Assembly: GCA_041584475.1 (NCBI GenBank)
Contig: JBFHDX010000007.1
Coordinates: 248 to 64,247, forward strand
From: Alphaproteobacteria bacterium
Lineage (GTDB): Bacteria; Pseudomonadota; Alphaproteobacteria; UBA8366; JADFVY01
DNA length: 64,000 nt
Reading direction: 5' to 3'
Under the pieces are notes generated by a model. It saw only the letters and a list, made by a program, of their open reading frames with translations, searched no databases and was not told where the DNA came from. Below are positions 37,669 to 48,682 of this stretch, piece after piece. How positions within the stretch are numbered: position 1 is the first letter of the stretch; each line of letters starts with the position of its first letter. Both the position numbers and the translations under genes were made by a program.

Positions 37669-37926
37669 TCAGTTGGTTCGCCCGGTCTCCGGGCGCATGT
37701 TGCCGTCGCGCTCCACGATCAGCCGCGCGACCCGCGTCCGATAGCGAAAGGTGATTCGCAGGAATCCGTCGGCCTCGGCGGGCTCCTCCGCCGAATGATA
37801 GATCTGTCCCGCACGCAGCTCCGCCATCAGCCGCTCCGGCGTAAGCCCGAGCAGCGGCGCGATTTCGCGGGCATCCAGACGGAGCATGTCGGCGCCGCTT
37901 TTCATCGCTTCCGGGTGCTCGCTCAT
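37669..37926 (-). CDS. small hypothetical protein
   Basis: This is the C-terminal 85 codons of ORF 37669..38139, starting at MSEHPEAMKSGADMLRLDAREIAPLLGLTPERL. The upstream part of the ORF looks non-coding. I cannot assign a family with confidence. Confidence 0.45.
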   Translation of the reverse strand: MSEHPEAMKSGADMLRLDAREIAPLLGLTPERLMAELRAGQIYHSAEEPAEADGFLRITFRYRTRVARLIVERDGNMRPETGRTN

Positions 37927-38243
37927 CCCGACGATCCCGGCTGCCGGGGCGAGCCGGCCCGTCGCGCGGGCTGCGCCATGCCGCCCGTGAACTTGCCGGA
38001 TCCCGGTACCCGTCGACGGCTGTTCTGGACCATGTGCACCTCCGCCAATCGCCTGCGCGTTGGTGATCCCGGCCCGGTTGTCCGCCGACGATTCCGAAGC
38101 CGGACAGAGTGGGGCCTCGGTAACAATCCAGCGCACCAATTGGTGAAGATTTCTCTATGGGTTCTGGTAAAAAAACCGTCTACGCTGCGGCCCCGTGGCG
38201 GGTCGTTCCGCGAGGCGCCGCATAGGCTGGCGGCCGAATCACG

Positions 38244-38456
38244 TCAGGCGATGATGTCGGGGAGCAGAAGACTCTCGATGCGTGCGATCTGATCCTTCAG
38301 CTGAAGCTTCCGCTTCTTCAGCCGCTGCATCTGCAGCTGGTCGAACGGGGCTGCTTCGGCGATGCGGGCGATGACATCGTCGAGGTCCCGGTGTTGGGTG
38401 CGCAATTCCTCCAGTCTGTGTTTCAGCGTCTCCTGATCGACCGCGTCGTCCGTCAT
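38244..38456 (-). CDS. DUF465 (YdcH-like) family protein
   Basis: This is the tail of the artefactual 440-aa ORF: MTDDAVDQETLKHRLEELRTQHRDLDDVIARI...LQMQRLKKRKLQLKDQIARIESLL. Confidence 0.75.
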   Translation of the reverse strand: MTDDAVDQETLKHRLEELRTQHRDLDDVIARIAEAAPFDQLQMQRLKKRKLQLKDQIARIESLLLPDIIA

Positions 38457-38507
38457 GTCGCACCGTGGTTTGTTCGCGGACGCAATAGTAGCTAAATAGG
38501 AGAGTCG

Positions 38508-39635
38508 TTGGAAAGTGTACAGGATCGACGGGAGGGAGCCATTTCGGGAACAGCGGTGAAGCGGATCGGGGTGTTGACCAGCGGCGGCGACTGCGCCGGC
38601 CTCAATTCGGTGCTGCGGGCCGTCGTGCATCGCGCCATCGAGGGCTACGGCTGGACCGTGGTCGGCATCGAGCAGGGGACCGCCGGCCTCATGGAGCGTC
38701 CGCCGAGGGCGCGGGAGCTTGGCCTCGACATATTCGACGGATCGCTGATGCGGCAGGCGGGGACGATTTTGGGGACGACGAACAAGGGCGATCCGTTCGC
38801 CTTCCCGTCGCGCGACGGCACGCTCGTCGACCGTTCGCAGGAAGTCGTCGAAGGGTTCCGGTTGCTCGCGCTCGACGCCCTGATCGCCGTCGGCGGCGAC
38901 GGCAGTCAGGCGATCCTCCGGCGGCTGGCGCAGCAGGGCGGGTTCGGGCTCGTGACGATCCCCAAGACGATCGACAATGACGTGGCCGAGACCGAGGTCG
39001 CGATCGGTTACGATACGGCGGTGCAGGTGGCGACGGAGGCGCTCGACCGGCTGCAGCCCACGGCGGCAAGCCACAGCCGCGTGATGGTTCTGGAAGTCAT
39101 GGGGCGCGACGCCGGTCATATCGCGCTGGTCGCCGGCATCGCCGGTGGCGCCGACGTGATCCTGATTCCGGAGATTCCCTGGAAGATCGAGTGCATCGCG
39201 CAGCAGATCGGTCGCATCCGCAGGCAGGGACGGAATTTCGCGCTCGTCGTCGTCGCCGAGGCGGTGCCGACCGAAGCCGGCGACACCGTCGTCCAGTCCG
39301 ACCCCGGGGAGGCCAAGCGGTACGGCGGCATCGGCCATTATCTCGGCGAGCGTATCGAGGAGGCGACCGGCGCCGAGGTCCGCGTCACCGTGCTCGGCCA
39401 CGTCCAGCGCGGCGGCGTGCCCGACGCGCGGGACCGGATCGTGGCTGCGGCCTTCGGCGTCCATGCCGTCGATCTCGTCGCCGAGGGCCGGTTCGACCGC
39501 ATGGTCGCATGGCACGCGCGCAACGTCATCGACGTGCCCATCGAGGCCGTGATCGCCCGTCCCCATCTCGTCGATATCGACGGCGCCATAGTGCGCACGG
39601 CGCGCGGACTCGGCATCTGCCTCGGCGACCGGTGA
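38508..39635 (+). CDS. pfk: 6-phosphofructokinase (PfkA family)
   Basis: 375 aa with IGVLTSGGDCAGLN, GGDGS, PKTIDND and MGR motifs. Confidence 0.9.
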   Translation: MESVQDRREGAISGTAVKRIGVLTSGGDCAGLNSVLRAVVHRAIEGYGWTVVGIEQGTAGLMERPPRARELGLDIFDGSLMRQAGTILGTTNKGDPFAFPSRDGTLVDRSQEVVEGFRLLALDALIAVGGDGSQAILRRLAQQGGFGLVTIPKTIDNDVAETEVAIGYDTAVQVATEALDRLQPTAASHSRVMVLEVMGRDAGHIALVAGIAGGADVILIPEIPWKIECIAQQIGRIRRQGRNFALVVVAEAVPTEAGDTVVQSDPGEAKRYGGIGHYLGERIEEATGAEVRVTVLGHVQRGGVPDARDRIVAAAFGVHAVDLVAEGRFDRMVAWHARNVIDVPIEAVIARPHLVDIDGAIVRTARGLGICLGDR

Positions 39636-40189
39636 ACGGCGAGGCCGCGCAGTCGCTCTGGGAGTTCTCGCTGGCGCTCTATGCCCGCCCGGGGGTCGAA
39701 GCGGCCTGCCTGGACTTGCAGGACCGGCTCGGGCTCGACGTCAATCTGCTGATGTTCGCATGCTGGGCCGCAAGCCGCGGGCACGGCCGGATCGGCCGCG
39801 GGGACTGGCAACGGCTGCTGGCCGCCAGCGCCGCGTGGCGGGCCGATGTCGTGGAACCGCTGCGTGCCGTCCGCCGCGGCATGAAGGGTGCGGCTTGGCC
39901 GGGCGTTCCCGATGCCGACGCCGCGTCGCTGCGGCGGCAGGTCAAGGATCTGGAACTGACGGCGGAGCGCATCCAGCAGACCGCGCTCGCATCGCTCGTG
40001 CGCTTGCGGCCACGCGAATCCCGCGAGCACGGGCGCGCCGCCGCCCTGGCGAACCTCGAAGGCTTCGCCGCCGCGGCGGGCGTCGAGGTCGGTGCCGATG
40101 ATCGGGCGGGCCTCGAACGTCTCGCGGAGGCGGCGGAGGCGATGATGCGCACCGCGGCGCCCACGGCGCCCCTGCCGCCCAAAAATTGA
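39632..40189 (+). CDS. TIGR02444-family conserved hypothetical protein
   Basis: A GTG at 39632 overlaps the pfk stop. LWEFSLALYARPGVEAACLDLQDRLGLDVNLLMFACWAA matches my recollection of this family. Confidence 0.6.
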   Translation: MNGEAAQSLWEFSLALYARPGVEAACLDLQDRLGLDVNLLMFACWAASRGHGRIGRGDWQRLLAASAAWRADVVEPLRAVRRGMKGAAWPGVPDADAASLRRQVKDLELTAERIQQTALASLVRLRPRESREHGRAAALANLEGFAAAAGVEVGADDRAGLERLAEAAEAMMRTAAPTAPLPPKN

Positions 40190-40440
40190 TCGGTTGCGTG
40201 CTGACATCGCGGTCGTTCGGGCGTATCATAACGACCACAGATGACCGGTTTCGGAACTGACTCCACTTCCCGGCGGACCGCCAGACGTCCGAAGAGGCAC
40301 CCCCGAGGGGTGTCTTTCGCTTGCCCCGAATCGCGTGCGCCGCGTGCGCCGCGTGCGCGTCGGGGCCGGCCCCGGCCGGCGGGCGCGGGTTGCGTGGTGA
40401 CCGGCAAGCATGATCGGTAATTGCAGATGGGAGTGAGACG

Positions 40441-40608
40441 ATGTCGCTTCAGGATCGAGTGAAGGCCCTCAAGGAAAAACACGCTGACCTCGAAAAGCTG
40501 CTCGAGGACGAAGAATCCAGGCCGTTGCCCGATACCGTGGTGTTGCACGACATCAAACGACAGAAGCTGGCGATAAAGGACGAAATTGAACGTCTGATGC
40601 ATTCCTGA
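40441..40608 (+). CDS. DUF465 (YdcH-like) family protein, second copy
   Basis: 55 aa, below the ORF-track cutoff and found manually: MSLQDRVKALKEKHADLEKLLEDEESRPLPDTVVLHDIKRQKLAIKDEIERLMHS. The SD GGGAG lies 7 nt upstream. Confidence 0.7.
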   Translation: MSLQDRVKALKEKHADLEKLLEDEESRPLPDTVVLHDIKRQKLAIKDEIERLMHS

Positions 40609-40812
40609 CACGGCCGATCGACCGCGGAGAAGCCGGCGGCGCGCCCGGCGGGGCGTCGAACGCGCGCCACAACAGATCGGGGCCGTGCCCGCGGGTGTTG
40701 CCCGGCCGGCCAGCGCTGACGCTGCGCCGTACCGGCGACAGCGTGGGCTTGCTTCACGTCGTCGCCGAGATCGGCGCCACGGCGCCAGCCGGCGCCATGG
40801 CGTCTGATTTTC

Positions 40813-42441
40813 TCAGAGCGTCCGCGCCTGTTCGCGCAGCAGGAATTTCTGGACCTTGCCGGTCGACGTCTTGGGCAGATCGCCGAAGACCACCGTGCGC
40901 GGACATTTGAAATGCGCCAAGTTGTCGCGGCAGAAGGCGATGATCTCGTCCTCGGTCGCCGACGCTCCCCGCTTCAGCGTCACGAAGGCGCACGGGGTCT
41001 CGCCCCATTTCTCGTCGGGCCGCGCCACGACCGCGGCCTCCAGCACCGCGGGATGCTTGTAGAGGATGCCTTCGACCTCGATCGTCGAGATGTTCTCGCC
41101 ACCGGAGATGATGATGTCCTTCGATCTGTCCTTGAGTTCGATGTAGCCGTCGGCGTGCATGACGCCCAGATCGCCCGTGTGGAACCATCCGCCCTTGAAC
41201 GATTCGCGCGTCGCCGCGGGATTCTTCAGATAGCCCTTCATGACGATGTTGCCGCGCATGAGCACCTCACCCATGGTCTCCCCGTCGCGCGGCACCGGCT
41301 CCAGCGTCGACGGGTCCGCAACCGTCAGATCCTCGAGCACCGCGTAGCCAACGCCCTGGCGTGCCTTGAGCCGCGCCTGCTCGCCGATCGGCAGTTCGCT
41401 CCATTCCGGGTGCCAGGCACAGACGGTGGCGGGCCCGTAAACCTCGGTCAGCCCATAGACGTGGGTGATGTGGAAGCCCTGTTCCTCCATGCGCTGCAGC
41501 ACCGCAGCCGGCGGCGGCGCTGCCGCGGTCATCACCGCGACCCGGTGCGGCAGCGGCCGCACGCGCTCTTGCTCGGTCGCGTTGATCACCATGTTGAGGA
41601 CGATCGGCGCGCCGCAGAAATGCGTCACGCCGCGGTCGTGGATCGCGGCATAGATGTTTCCGGCGCCGACCTTGCGCAGGCAGACGCTAGTGCCGGCAAC
41701 CGCGGCAAGCGTCCATGGAAAACACCAGCCGTTGCAGTGGAACATCGGCAGCGTCCAGAGGTAGATGGGGTGGTTCGGCAGGTTCCAGGTCAGCACGTTG
41801 CCGATCGCCAGCAGGTAGGCACCGCGGTGGTGATAGACGACCCCCTTGGGGTTGCCGGTCGTACCCGACGTATAGTTCAGCGCGATCGCGTCCCACTCGT
41901 CGCTGGGCGGCGTCCATTCGAAATCGGCGTCGCCGGATTCCAGGAACGTCTCGTACTCCATCTCGCCGATGAAGTCCCCTGCCGACACTTCCGCGTCGTC
42001 GACGTCGATCACCGCCGGCGGGGTCCGGCAGCGGCCGAGCGCATCGCGCAGGACGGCTGAAAACTCGCGGTCCGCAAGCAGCATCTTCGCCTCGCCATGG
42101 TCGAGGATATGCGCGATCGTCGCCGCGTCGAGGCGCGTGTTGATCGCGTTCAGGACGCCGCCGGCCATGGCGACGCCGAAATGCGCCTCGTAGAGCGCCG
42201 GGACGTTCGACAGCATCGCCGCAACGGTATCGTTGCGGCCGATGCCGCGCCGGCTCAGCGCGCTCGCGAGCCGGCGGCAGCGCGCATAGGTCTCCGCCCA
42301 GGTGAACCGGCGGTCACCGTGTATGATCGACGGGTGGTCCGGATAGACCGATGCCGCCCGGCGGATCAGGCTCAGCGGGGTCAGGGCAGCGAAATTCGCC
42401 GAATTGCGATCGAGGTCGGTGTCGTAGGAGTTGCCTGCCAT
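40813..42441 (-). CDS. acyl-CoA synthetase (AMP-binding, medium-chain type)
   Basis: 542 aa with YTSGTTGNPKGV, YGLTE, TGDLG and PKTSTGKVQK. Confidence 0.9.
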   Translation of the reverse strand: MAGNSYDTDLDRNSANFAALTPLSLIRRAASVYPDHPSIIHGDRRFTWAETYARCRRLASALSRRGIGRNDTVAAMLSNVPALYEAHFGVAMAGGVLNAINTRLDAATIAHILDHGEAKMLLADREFSAVLRDALGRCRTPPAVIDVDDAEVSAGDFIGEMEYETFLESGDADFEWTPPSDEWDAIALNYTSGTTGNPKGVVYHHRGAYLLAIGNVLTWNLPNHPIYLWTLPMFHCNGWCFPWTLAAVAGTSVCLRKVGAGNIYAAIHDRGVTHFCGAPIVLNMVINATEQERVRPLPHRVAVMTAAAPPPAAVLQRMEEQGFHITHVYGLTEVYGPATVCAWHPEWSELPIGEQARLKARQGVGYAVLEDLTVADPSTLEPVPRDGETMGEVLMRGNIVMKGYLKNPAATRESFKGGWFHTGDLGVMHADGYIELKDRSKDIIISGGENISTIEVEGILYKHPAVLEAAVVARPDEKWGETPCAFVTLKRGASATEDEIIAFCRDNLAHFKCPRTVVFGDLPKTSTGKVQKFLLREQARTL

Positions 42442-42689
42442 CTCACGCGCTCCCCGGGATACGGATAAGCCTCAGCGACCGCTGTCGCGCCGTGATCCAT
42501 AATGGACGCAACGCGCGACCGCCGACAAGGCGGCGCCGGCCAAGCGAGCGACCGCCGGCGGCAACCGTTCCGGTGACGATGGAGGGGCACGGCGGGGCGA
42601 TGTGCCGCACGGGAAGGCACTCGCACGGCTGGTCGGCGCCGGGCCGCCCGGTTACGGTCCGGGCGGTCGCTCCGTCCCCGAGTGTGCGA

Positions 42690-44840
42690 TCAGCCGGCGC
42701 GGACGCCCGACAGGAAGCGCTCCACTTCCTTGCCCAGGACATCGGCCTGCTCGCTGAGCCCGGTTGCCGCCCGCAGCACCTCTTCGGCCGTGGCGCCGGT
42801 CTCTCCCGCGGCCCGGGCGACGTCCTCGATATTCTGCGAGACGCTGTGCGTGCCCTTCGCGGCCTCCTGGACGCCGCGCGCGATTTCCTTGGTTTGCGCG
42901 CTCTGCTCCTCGACCGACGAGGCGATCGTCGCGGCGATTTCGCTGATCTCGTGAATGATGTCGAGCACCCCGGCAATCGCCTCTGCGGTGCCGCGCGTCT
43001 CGGTCTGGATGGCGGTGATCTGGGCGGCGATCTCGTCGGTCGCCTTTGCCGTCTGGTTGGCGAGGTTCTTCACCTCCTGGGCGACCACCGCGAAGCCCCG
43101 CCCGGCCTCGCCCGCCCGCGAGGCCTCGATCGTCGCGTTCAGGGCAAGAAGGTTCGTCTGCCCGGCGATCTCGCTGATGACGTCGACGATTTCGCCGATG
43201 CGCTGAGCCGAGCCGGTAAGCCCCTTGACCGCCTGTTCCGTGTCGCGGGCCCGTTCCACGGCCTTTCCGGCGATCTTCGAGGATTGCACGGCCTGGCGCC
43301 CGATCTCGCCGATCGAAGCGTCGAGCTCCTCGGTCGCGGTCGCCGCCGTCTCGACGTTCGCGCTGGCCTCCTCGGAGGCCGCCGAGACGTTGGCTGACTG
43401 GCGGTTGCTCCGCTCCGCGGCGGACGACATCTGCTGCGCGGCGTCGCGCATGCGCTGCGCCGATGCCAGGACGTCGCGGGCAAGCGCCTGGACCTGCGAT
43501 TCGAACCGGTCGGCAAGGTCGAGGACGGCGCGGCGTTTCTCTTCCTCGGTGCGCTGCTTGCTCAGCTCCTGCTCCGCGTGCATGCGCTCCTTCTCGATCG
43601 CGTTGTCCTTGAACACGGCGAGCGCGCGCGCGATGGCGCCGATTTCGTCTACCCGCGACAGCGATGGCACTTCGATCGACACGTCGCCCTCGGCCAGCCG
43701 GCCCATCGCCCTGGTCATGCGGCTCAAGGGCTGGGTCACGCGGCGCTGCACGACCCATATCGCCGCGAATATCCCGAGCAGGCCGAGCACCAGCAGCTCC
43801 AGATCGACGCGGATGTTGCGCGAGCCGCGGGCAACCGCCCGCTCCGCAAGTTCGGACGACACGCTGCTTGCCAGCTCCGACAGTTTCCGGACCGCCTCGG
43901 CCGCGACAACCGACTGCGAGCGCCAGGCCTCCGCCGAGACGGGATAGGCAGTGCCGTCGATACCGGCTGCCAGAACGGCCTCGCGCAGCTCCGAGAACTC
44001 GCCGAAATACTGGCGTTCCGCCTCGCTGATGGCGCGGACGACGGATTGATCGGCGTCCGGATGCAGGGCGTAGGCGCGCAGCATCGTCCAGCCTTCCATG
44101 ATGCGGCCGCGGCATTCGCCGATGCGCTGCAGCTGCCTCGGCGTAAGGGCGCGGCCGCCGGAGATCGCGTTGGCGATCTCGGTGCGCTCGCGCGCCGTGA
44201 ATTCCTGGATGCTCCACGTCGCCTGCTTCAGCATCGTGTTGGCCTGGATCCAGGCGAAGGGATGCGCCATGTCGAGGCGGCGGTCGGCGCGAAACGTGAT
44301 CGCCGCCCGGTAGTCGCCCAGCGCCGCAAGCAGCGCGCTGACGGCGGTCGACCAGTCGTCGAGCAGGCCACCGCCGGGCAAGGCGCTGCCGGTGCGGAAG
44401 GCCTCATCGACGCGGCGCCGCACGTCCTCGACATTGGCATGTCGGCTGCGCACGGCATCCAGAAGGGCCGTCCGGCTGCCGACGACATAGTCGGTTTTGC
44501 GCCCCTGCTCCAGGATTCGCCGCACGCCGTCGCGCGCGGCCTCTCGATGACGCTCGACGGAGCGCAGCAGATCCCGCCGCATCGCTCCGGAGCGGGCCAG
44601 CGTCGCAAGGCCGATTTCGATCGCTTCGCGCTCACCGGCCAACGCGCTGGATGTTTCGAGCACGAGGTCGGCGGCGCGATTGCTCCAGGCGGCGGCGACC
44701 GCGTTCTCGCGATTCTTGTAAGCTTCGACGGCGAGACCGATCGTGTAGTAGAGAATGATCACGCTCAGCACGAAGATCAGAACGAACAGCAAATGCCGTA
44801 TCGTTGCGGCCTTTCGCAGAGTCGTCCAGATCGTCGTCAT
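42690..44840 (-). CDS. methyl-accepting chemotaxis protein
   Basis: 716 aa with an N-terminal TM, a ~300-aa helical sensor region, a second TM, HAMP ([13 protein letters not shown]) and the signalling hairpin ([38 protein letters not shown]). Confidence 0.9.
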   Translation of the reverse strand: MTTIWTTLRKAATIRHLLFVLIFVLSVIILYYTIGLAVEAYKNRENAVAAAWSNRAADLVLETSSALAGEREAIEIGLATLARSGAMRRDLLRSVERHREAARDGVRRILEQGRKTDYVVGSRTALLDAVRSRHANVEDVRRRVDEAFRTGSALPGGGLLDDWSTAVSALLAALGDYRAAITFRADRRLDMAHPFAWIQANTMLKQATWSIQEFTARERTEIANAISGGRALTPRQLQRIGECRGRIMEGWTMLRAYALHPDADQSVVRAISEAERQYFGEFSELREAVLAAGIDGTAYPVSAEAWRSQSVVAAEAVRKLSELASSVSSELAERAVARGSRNIRVDLELLVLGLLGIFAAIWVVQRRVTQPLSRMTRAMGRLAEGDVSIEVPSLSRVDEIGAIARALAVFKDNAIEKERMHAEQELSKQRTEEEKRRAVLDLADRFESQVQALARDVLASAQRMRDAAQQMSSAAERSNRQSANVSAASEEASANVETAATATEELDASIGEIGRQAVQSSKIAGKAVERARDTEQAVKGLTGSAQRIGEIVDVISEIAGQTNLLALNATIEASRAGEAGRGFAVVAQEVKNLANQTAKATDEIAAQITAIQTETRGTAEAIAGVLDIIHEISEIAATIASSVEEQSAQTKEIARGVQEAAKGTHSVSQNIEDVARAAGETGATAEEVLRAATGLSEQADVLGKEVERFLSGVRAG

Positions 44841-44983
44841 ATGCCCGGGCCCTGACTTCCTGCACCAATCGATTCACCGCCGAAACCCGCAGCGACTGAG
44901 GGTGCGGTCGGTGTCCGGCTCGCCATGGGGTATCGACGCGCCAAATACGTTCGTTCAGCGGCCCTATCCTGTAATAGGTATGG

Positions 44984-44998
44984 TTAAGACGCACTTAA
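44984..44998. promoter_or_regulatory. perfect CtrA-type box TTAA-N7-TTAA
   Basis: TTAAgacgcacTTAA lies about 150 bp upstream of the MCP start at 44840 (minus strand). Confidence 0.45.
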
Positions 44999-45361
44999 CC
45001 GCTCACAAGCTCGTTATTCGAAGTAATCACTCACGAATTACTCGCCGGCAACTCAACCATTCCGCGTTCTCGCGGTCGCGGCCCATTGGTTCGCCGCCGA
45101 TCGGCGGCAGTCGTCCGCGATGTGACGCCGGCGTGAGGAGCGGCGCCGCTGGTTGCCGCCGGCCTGCGTTTCGCGCGGTCATGCAGAACGGACTTGCGGC
45201 GACGTGCCGGTGTCTGCCACAAGGGGCGCAAAACAGGCCGTCGGCCGCGCGGGGTGGGTCTCTTCCGGTCCCGATCATCGTCCCGCTATAATCGCACGGC
45301 CAACGAACAGGGAAGCCCGGGAAGGTGAGGGTACACTTTTCCGACGTGAGGAGACAGACAG

Positions 45362-47260
45362 ATGGCCGGCCGATTCGATGAGATCTATGACCGTTCGCTA
45401 GCCGACCCGGAAGGTTTCTGGGCGGAGGCGGCCGAAGGTATCGACTGGATAAAGAAATGGGACAAGGTACTGGACGATTCCCGGACGCCCTTCTACCGCT
45501 GGTTCGCGGGCGGCGTCGTTAATACCTGCTACAACGCGGTCGACCGTCACGTCGAGGCGGGTCGCGGCGATCAGGCGGCGATCATCTACGACAGCCCGAT
45601 CACCGGCACCAAGCGGATCCTCAGCTACGCTGAGCTCAAGGACAAGGCGGCGCGCTTTGCCGGCGTGCTGCTGGGGCTCGGCGTCGGCAAAGGCGATCGC
45701 GTGATCATCTACATGCCGATGGTGCCGCAGGCCGTGGTCGCCATGCTGGCCTGTGCGCGCATCGGCGCGGTCCACTCGGTGGTGTTCGGCGGCTTCGCGG
45801 CGAACGAGCTGGCGACGCGGATCAAGGACGCCAACCCGAAGGTCATCGTCAGCGCCTCGTGCGGGATCGAGCCGGGTCGCGTCATCGCCTACAAGCCGTT
45901 GCTCGACGAGGCGATCGAGATCGCCGGCAACACGGTCGCGAACTGCGTGATCCTGCAGCGCGAGCAGCGGACCTGCGAGCTCGTCGCCGGTCGCGACATC
46001 GACTGGAAAGAGGCGATGGACGGGGCAGCCCCGGCCGACTGCGTGCCCGTGGCGGCGACGGATCCGCTTTACATCCTCTATACCTCGGGCACGACCGGCC
46101 GGCCGAAGGGCGTGGTTCGCGACAATGGCGGGCACATGGTCGCGCTGAAATGGTCGATGAAGAACATCTACAATGTCGACCCCGGCGAGGTGTACTGGGC
46201 CGCGTCGGACGTCGGCTGGGTCGTCGGGCATTCCTACATCGTCTACGCGCCGCTGCTGCACGGCTGCACGACCATCGTCTTCGAGGGCAAGCCCGTCGGC
46301 ACGCCGGACGCCGGCGTGTTCTGGCGCGTCATCGCGGAGCACGGCGTTTCCACCCTGTTCACGGCGCCGACCGCGTTTCGCGCCATCAAGCGCGAGGATC
46401 CGCAAGGAGCACTCATCGGCAAGCACGATCTGAGCCGGTTCCGGGCCCTGTTCCTCGCCGGCGAGCGTACCGATCCGGATACCCTGCACTGGGCGGAGGA
46501 GAGGCTCGGCGTGCCTGTCATCGACCACTGGTGGCAGACGGAAACCGGCTGGGCCATCGGCGCCAACTGCCTCGGCATCGAGCATCTGCCGGTCAAGGCC
46601 GGCTCGCCGACACGGGCGGTTCCCGGTTACGACGTGCAGATACTCGACACGGCCGGGCATCCGCTGCCGCGCGGCGACATGGGGGCGATCGCCGTCAAAC
46701 TGCCGTTGCCGCCCGGCTGTCTGCCGACGCTGTGGAACGCGGACGACCGTTATGTCGAGTCCTATCTCGCGGAATTCCCGGGCTACTATCAGACCGGGGA
46801 CGCCGGCTACTTGGACGCGGACGGCTATATCTTCGTCATGGCCCGCACCGACGACATCATCAATGTCGCCGGGCACCGGCTCTCGACCGGCGGTATGGAA
46901 GAGGTGCTGGCGAGCCATCCGGACGTCGCCGAATGCGCGGTGATCGGCGTTGCCGACCAACTCAAGGGCGAGTTGCCGCTCGGTTTCCTCGTTCTCAAGT
47001 CGGGCGTCGGCAAGTCGAACGAGGATATCGTCAAGGATGTCGTCGGCATGGTGCGCCAGAAGATCGGCCCGGTCGCCGCCTTCAAGACCGCGACGGTGGT
47101 TCAGCGCCTGCCGAAGACGCGCTCCGGCAAGATCCTGCGCGGCACGATGAAGAAGATCGCCGACGGCGAGGAGTACCGCATGCCGGCGACGATCGACGAC
47201 CCGGCGATTCTCGGCGAGATCGCCGACGCCCTGAAGACGGTCGGATATCCGCCGAAGTAA
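45362..47260 (+). CDS. prpE: propionate--CoA ligase (acetyl/propionyl-CoA synthetase family)
   Basis: 632 aa. The N-terminus YDRSLADPEGFWAEAAEGIDWIKKWDKVLDDSRTPFYRWFAGGVVNTCYNAVDRH, and the length, resemble PrpE more than Acs. Confidence 0.8.
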   Translation: MAGRFDEIYDRSLADPEGFWAEAAEGIDWIKKWDKVLDDSRTPFYRWFAGGVVNTCYNAVDRHVEAGRGDQAAIIYDSPITGTKRILSYAELKDKAARFAGVLLGLGVGKGDRVIIYMPMVPQAVVAMLACARIGAVHSVVFGGFAANELATRIKDANPKVIVSASCGIEPGRVIAYKPLLDEAIEIAGNTVANCVILQREQRTCELVAGRDIDWKEAMDGAAPADCVPVAATDPLYILYTSGTTGRPKGVVRDNGGHMVALKWSMKNIYNVDPGEVYWAASDVGWVVGHSYIVYAPLLHGCTTIVFEGKPVGTPDAGVFWRVIAEHGVSTLFTAPTAFRAIKREDPQGALIGKHDLSRFRALFLAGERTDPDTLHWAEERLGVPVIDHWWQTETGWAIGANCLGIEHLPVKAGSPTRAVPGYDVQILDTAGHPLPRGDMGAIAVKLPLPPGCLPTLWNADDRYVESYLAEFPGYYQTGDAGYLDADGYIFVMARTDDIINVAGHRLSTGGMEEVLASHPDVAECAVIGVADQLKGELPLGFLVLKSGVGKSNEDIVKDVVGMVRQKIGPVAAFKTATVVQRLPKTRSGKILRGTMKKIADGEEYRMPATIDDPAILGEIADALKTVGYPPK

Positions 47261-47316
47261 CCGGTGCGGCGATCGCATGAAGTCCGCTGCACGGCCGCGA
47301 CCGGGCGCGGACGAAT

Positions 47317-47664
47317 TCACGCGCCCGGACCAGGCTGCGGCCTGACCGCCTCCTGCCACGCTTCGCCGACGGCGAGCACGCAGCTGGTGCCGTCCGGAGC
47401 GGTGGCGACCATGGTCCAGGTCGCCCCGTCGCTGCTGGCGAACACTTGCAGCAGACGGCCGCTGCTCTCGAGACCGGCGGCCACCGGGGCCTCCGCGAAG
47501 CGGCCCTGGAGCAGCCGCGCGATCTTGTCGTGCGTGTTGCAGGCCTGCTGGGCGGTCGCCGCGGGCACGATCGCGAGCATGAGCGTCAGCGCGACCGCGA
47601 CCGCGGCGAAGATGCGCACGATCGCCGTGCGGGGATTCGGATTGTCGCGTCCTTCGCGTGCCAT
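47317..47664 (-). CDS. small secreted two-cysteine protein (paralog of 33628..33933)
   Basis: 115 aa with a TM/signal segment followed by the same C...GL...WT...P.G.SC.LA.GE.W pattern. Confidence 0.6.
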   Translation of the reverse strand: MAREGRDNPNPRTAIVRIFAAVAVALTLMLAIVPAATAQQACNTHDKIARLLQGRFAEAPVAAGLESSGRLLQVFASSDGATWTMVATAPDGTSCVLAVGEAWQEAVRPQPGPGA

Positions 47665-47874
47665 TGCCCTCTCCTTTGCTGTGTCGGACCGGCCCGTCGC
47701 CGGTCCGCGTGCCCTTACCCTGCCGCAGAACCCGACGCGGGGCGGTGATGCGCGTCACAGCTCGCGTCGATGTCAGCGGGTGTGAACGCGGATGGCCGCG
47801 CCGCGCAGTCCCTTGCGGGCGGAATCCGCGCGTGGCAGCCTGCACGGCGACCCATGCGAGCGGAGGATCGGGAC

Positions 47875-48651
47875 ATGAGGCTCAAGGACAAGGTGGCGGT
47901 GGTGACGGGCGCAGCGCGAGGGATCGGGCGCGCCTGCGCGGAATGCATGGCGACCGAAGGTGCGCGCGTCGTCGTCTCCGATGTCGACGCGGGTGAGGGT
48001 GAGCGCACCGCCGAGGCGATACGCGGCGCCGGCGGCGAGGCGACGTTCGTCCCCTGCGACGTCGGCGACAAGGCGCAGGTCGAGGCACTTATCGAGCGGA
48101 CCGTCGAGGCCTACGGCCGCGTCGACAGCGCGGTCGCCAACGCCGGCATCGTCCATGCCTGCGAATTCCTCGATCTCTCGGAAGAAGACTTCGATCGCGT
48201 GCTGCGGGTGAACCTGAAGGGCGTGTTCCTTACCGGTCAGGCCGCGGCCCGGCGCATGGTCGCCCAGGGCGGCGGCGGCACCATCATCAACATGTCCTCG
48301 GTCAACGCCGTGATGGCGATCCCGACGATCACCCCCTACGTCGTCGCCAAGGGCGGGGTGAACCAGCTGACCAAGGTCATGGCGCTCGCGCTCGCGGACA
48401 AGGGAATCCGCGTCAACGCGATCGGACCCGGCTCGATCATGACGGACGTCCTGAAGTCGGTTGCGAGCGACCAGGCGGCGATGGCGCGCATCCTCATGCG
48501 TACGCCGCTCGGACGCATCGGCGAGCCCGCGGAAATCGGTCGTATCGCGGTCTTCTTGGCGTCGGACGACGCCAGCTATATCACCGGTCAGTCGATCTAC
48601 GCCGACGGCGGCCGGCTCGCGTTGAACTACACCGTGCCCGTCAAGCCGTGA
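47875..48651 (+). CDS. SDR-family oxidoreductase
   Basis: This is ORF 47770..48651. The ATG at 47875 follows GGAGG. It has TGAARGIG, NAG and YVVAKGG (YxxxK). Confidence 0.9.
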   Translation: MRLKDKVAVVTGAARGIGRACAECMATEGARVVVSDVDAGEGERTAEAIRGAGGEATFVPCDVGDKAQVEALIERTVEAYGRVDSAVANAGIVHACEFLDLSEEDFDRVLRVNLKGVFLTGQAAARRMVAQGGGGTIINMSSVNAVMAIPTITPYVVAKGGVNQLTKVMALALADKGIRVNAIGPGSIMTDVLKSVASDQAAMARILMRTPLGRIGEPAEIGRIAVFLASDDASYITGQSIYADGGRLALNYTVPVKP

Positions 48652-48682
48652 CGTCCCGGCGGTCGCCGGGGCGCCGCGGCGA

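Noticed and set aside
40332-40374. Three perfect tandem 9-mers (CGCGTGCGC x3), followed by the 14-bp GC palindrome CGGGGCCGGCCCCG, in the 250-bp gap before the second DUF465 gene.
   Set aside because: This is most simply explained as replication slippage or low-complexity GC sequence. There is no ORF, no flanking terminator or promoter that I could define, and no second copy elsewhere in the window. It could still be regulatory, but I have no evidence for that.
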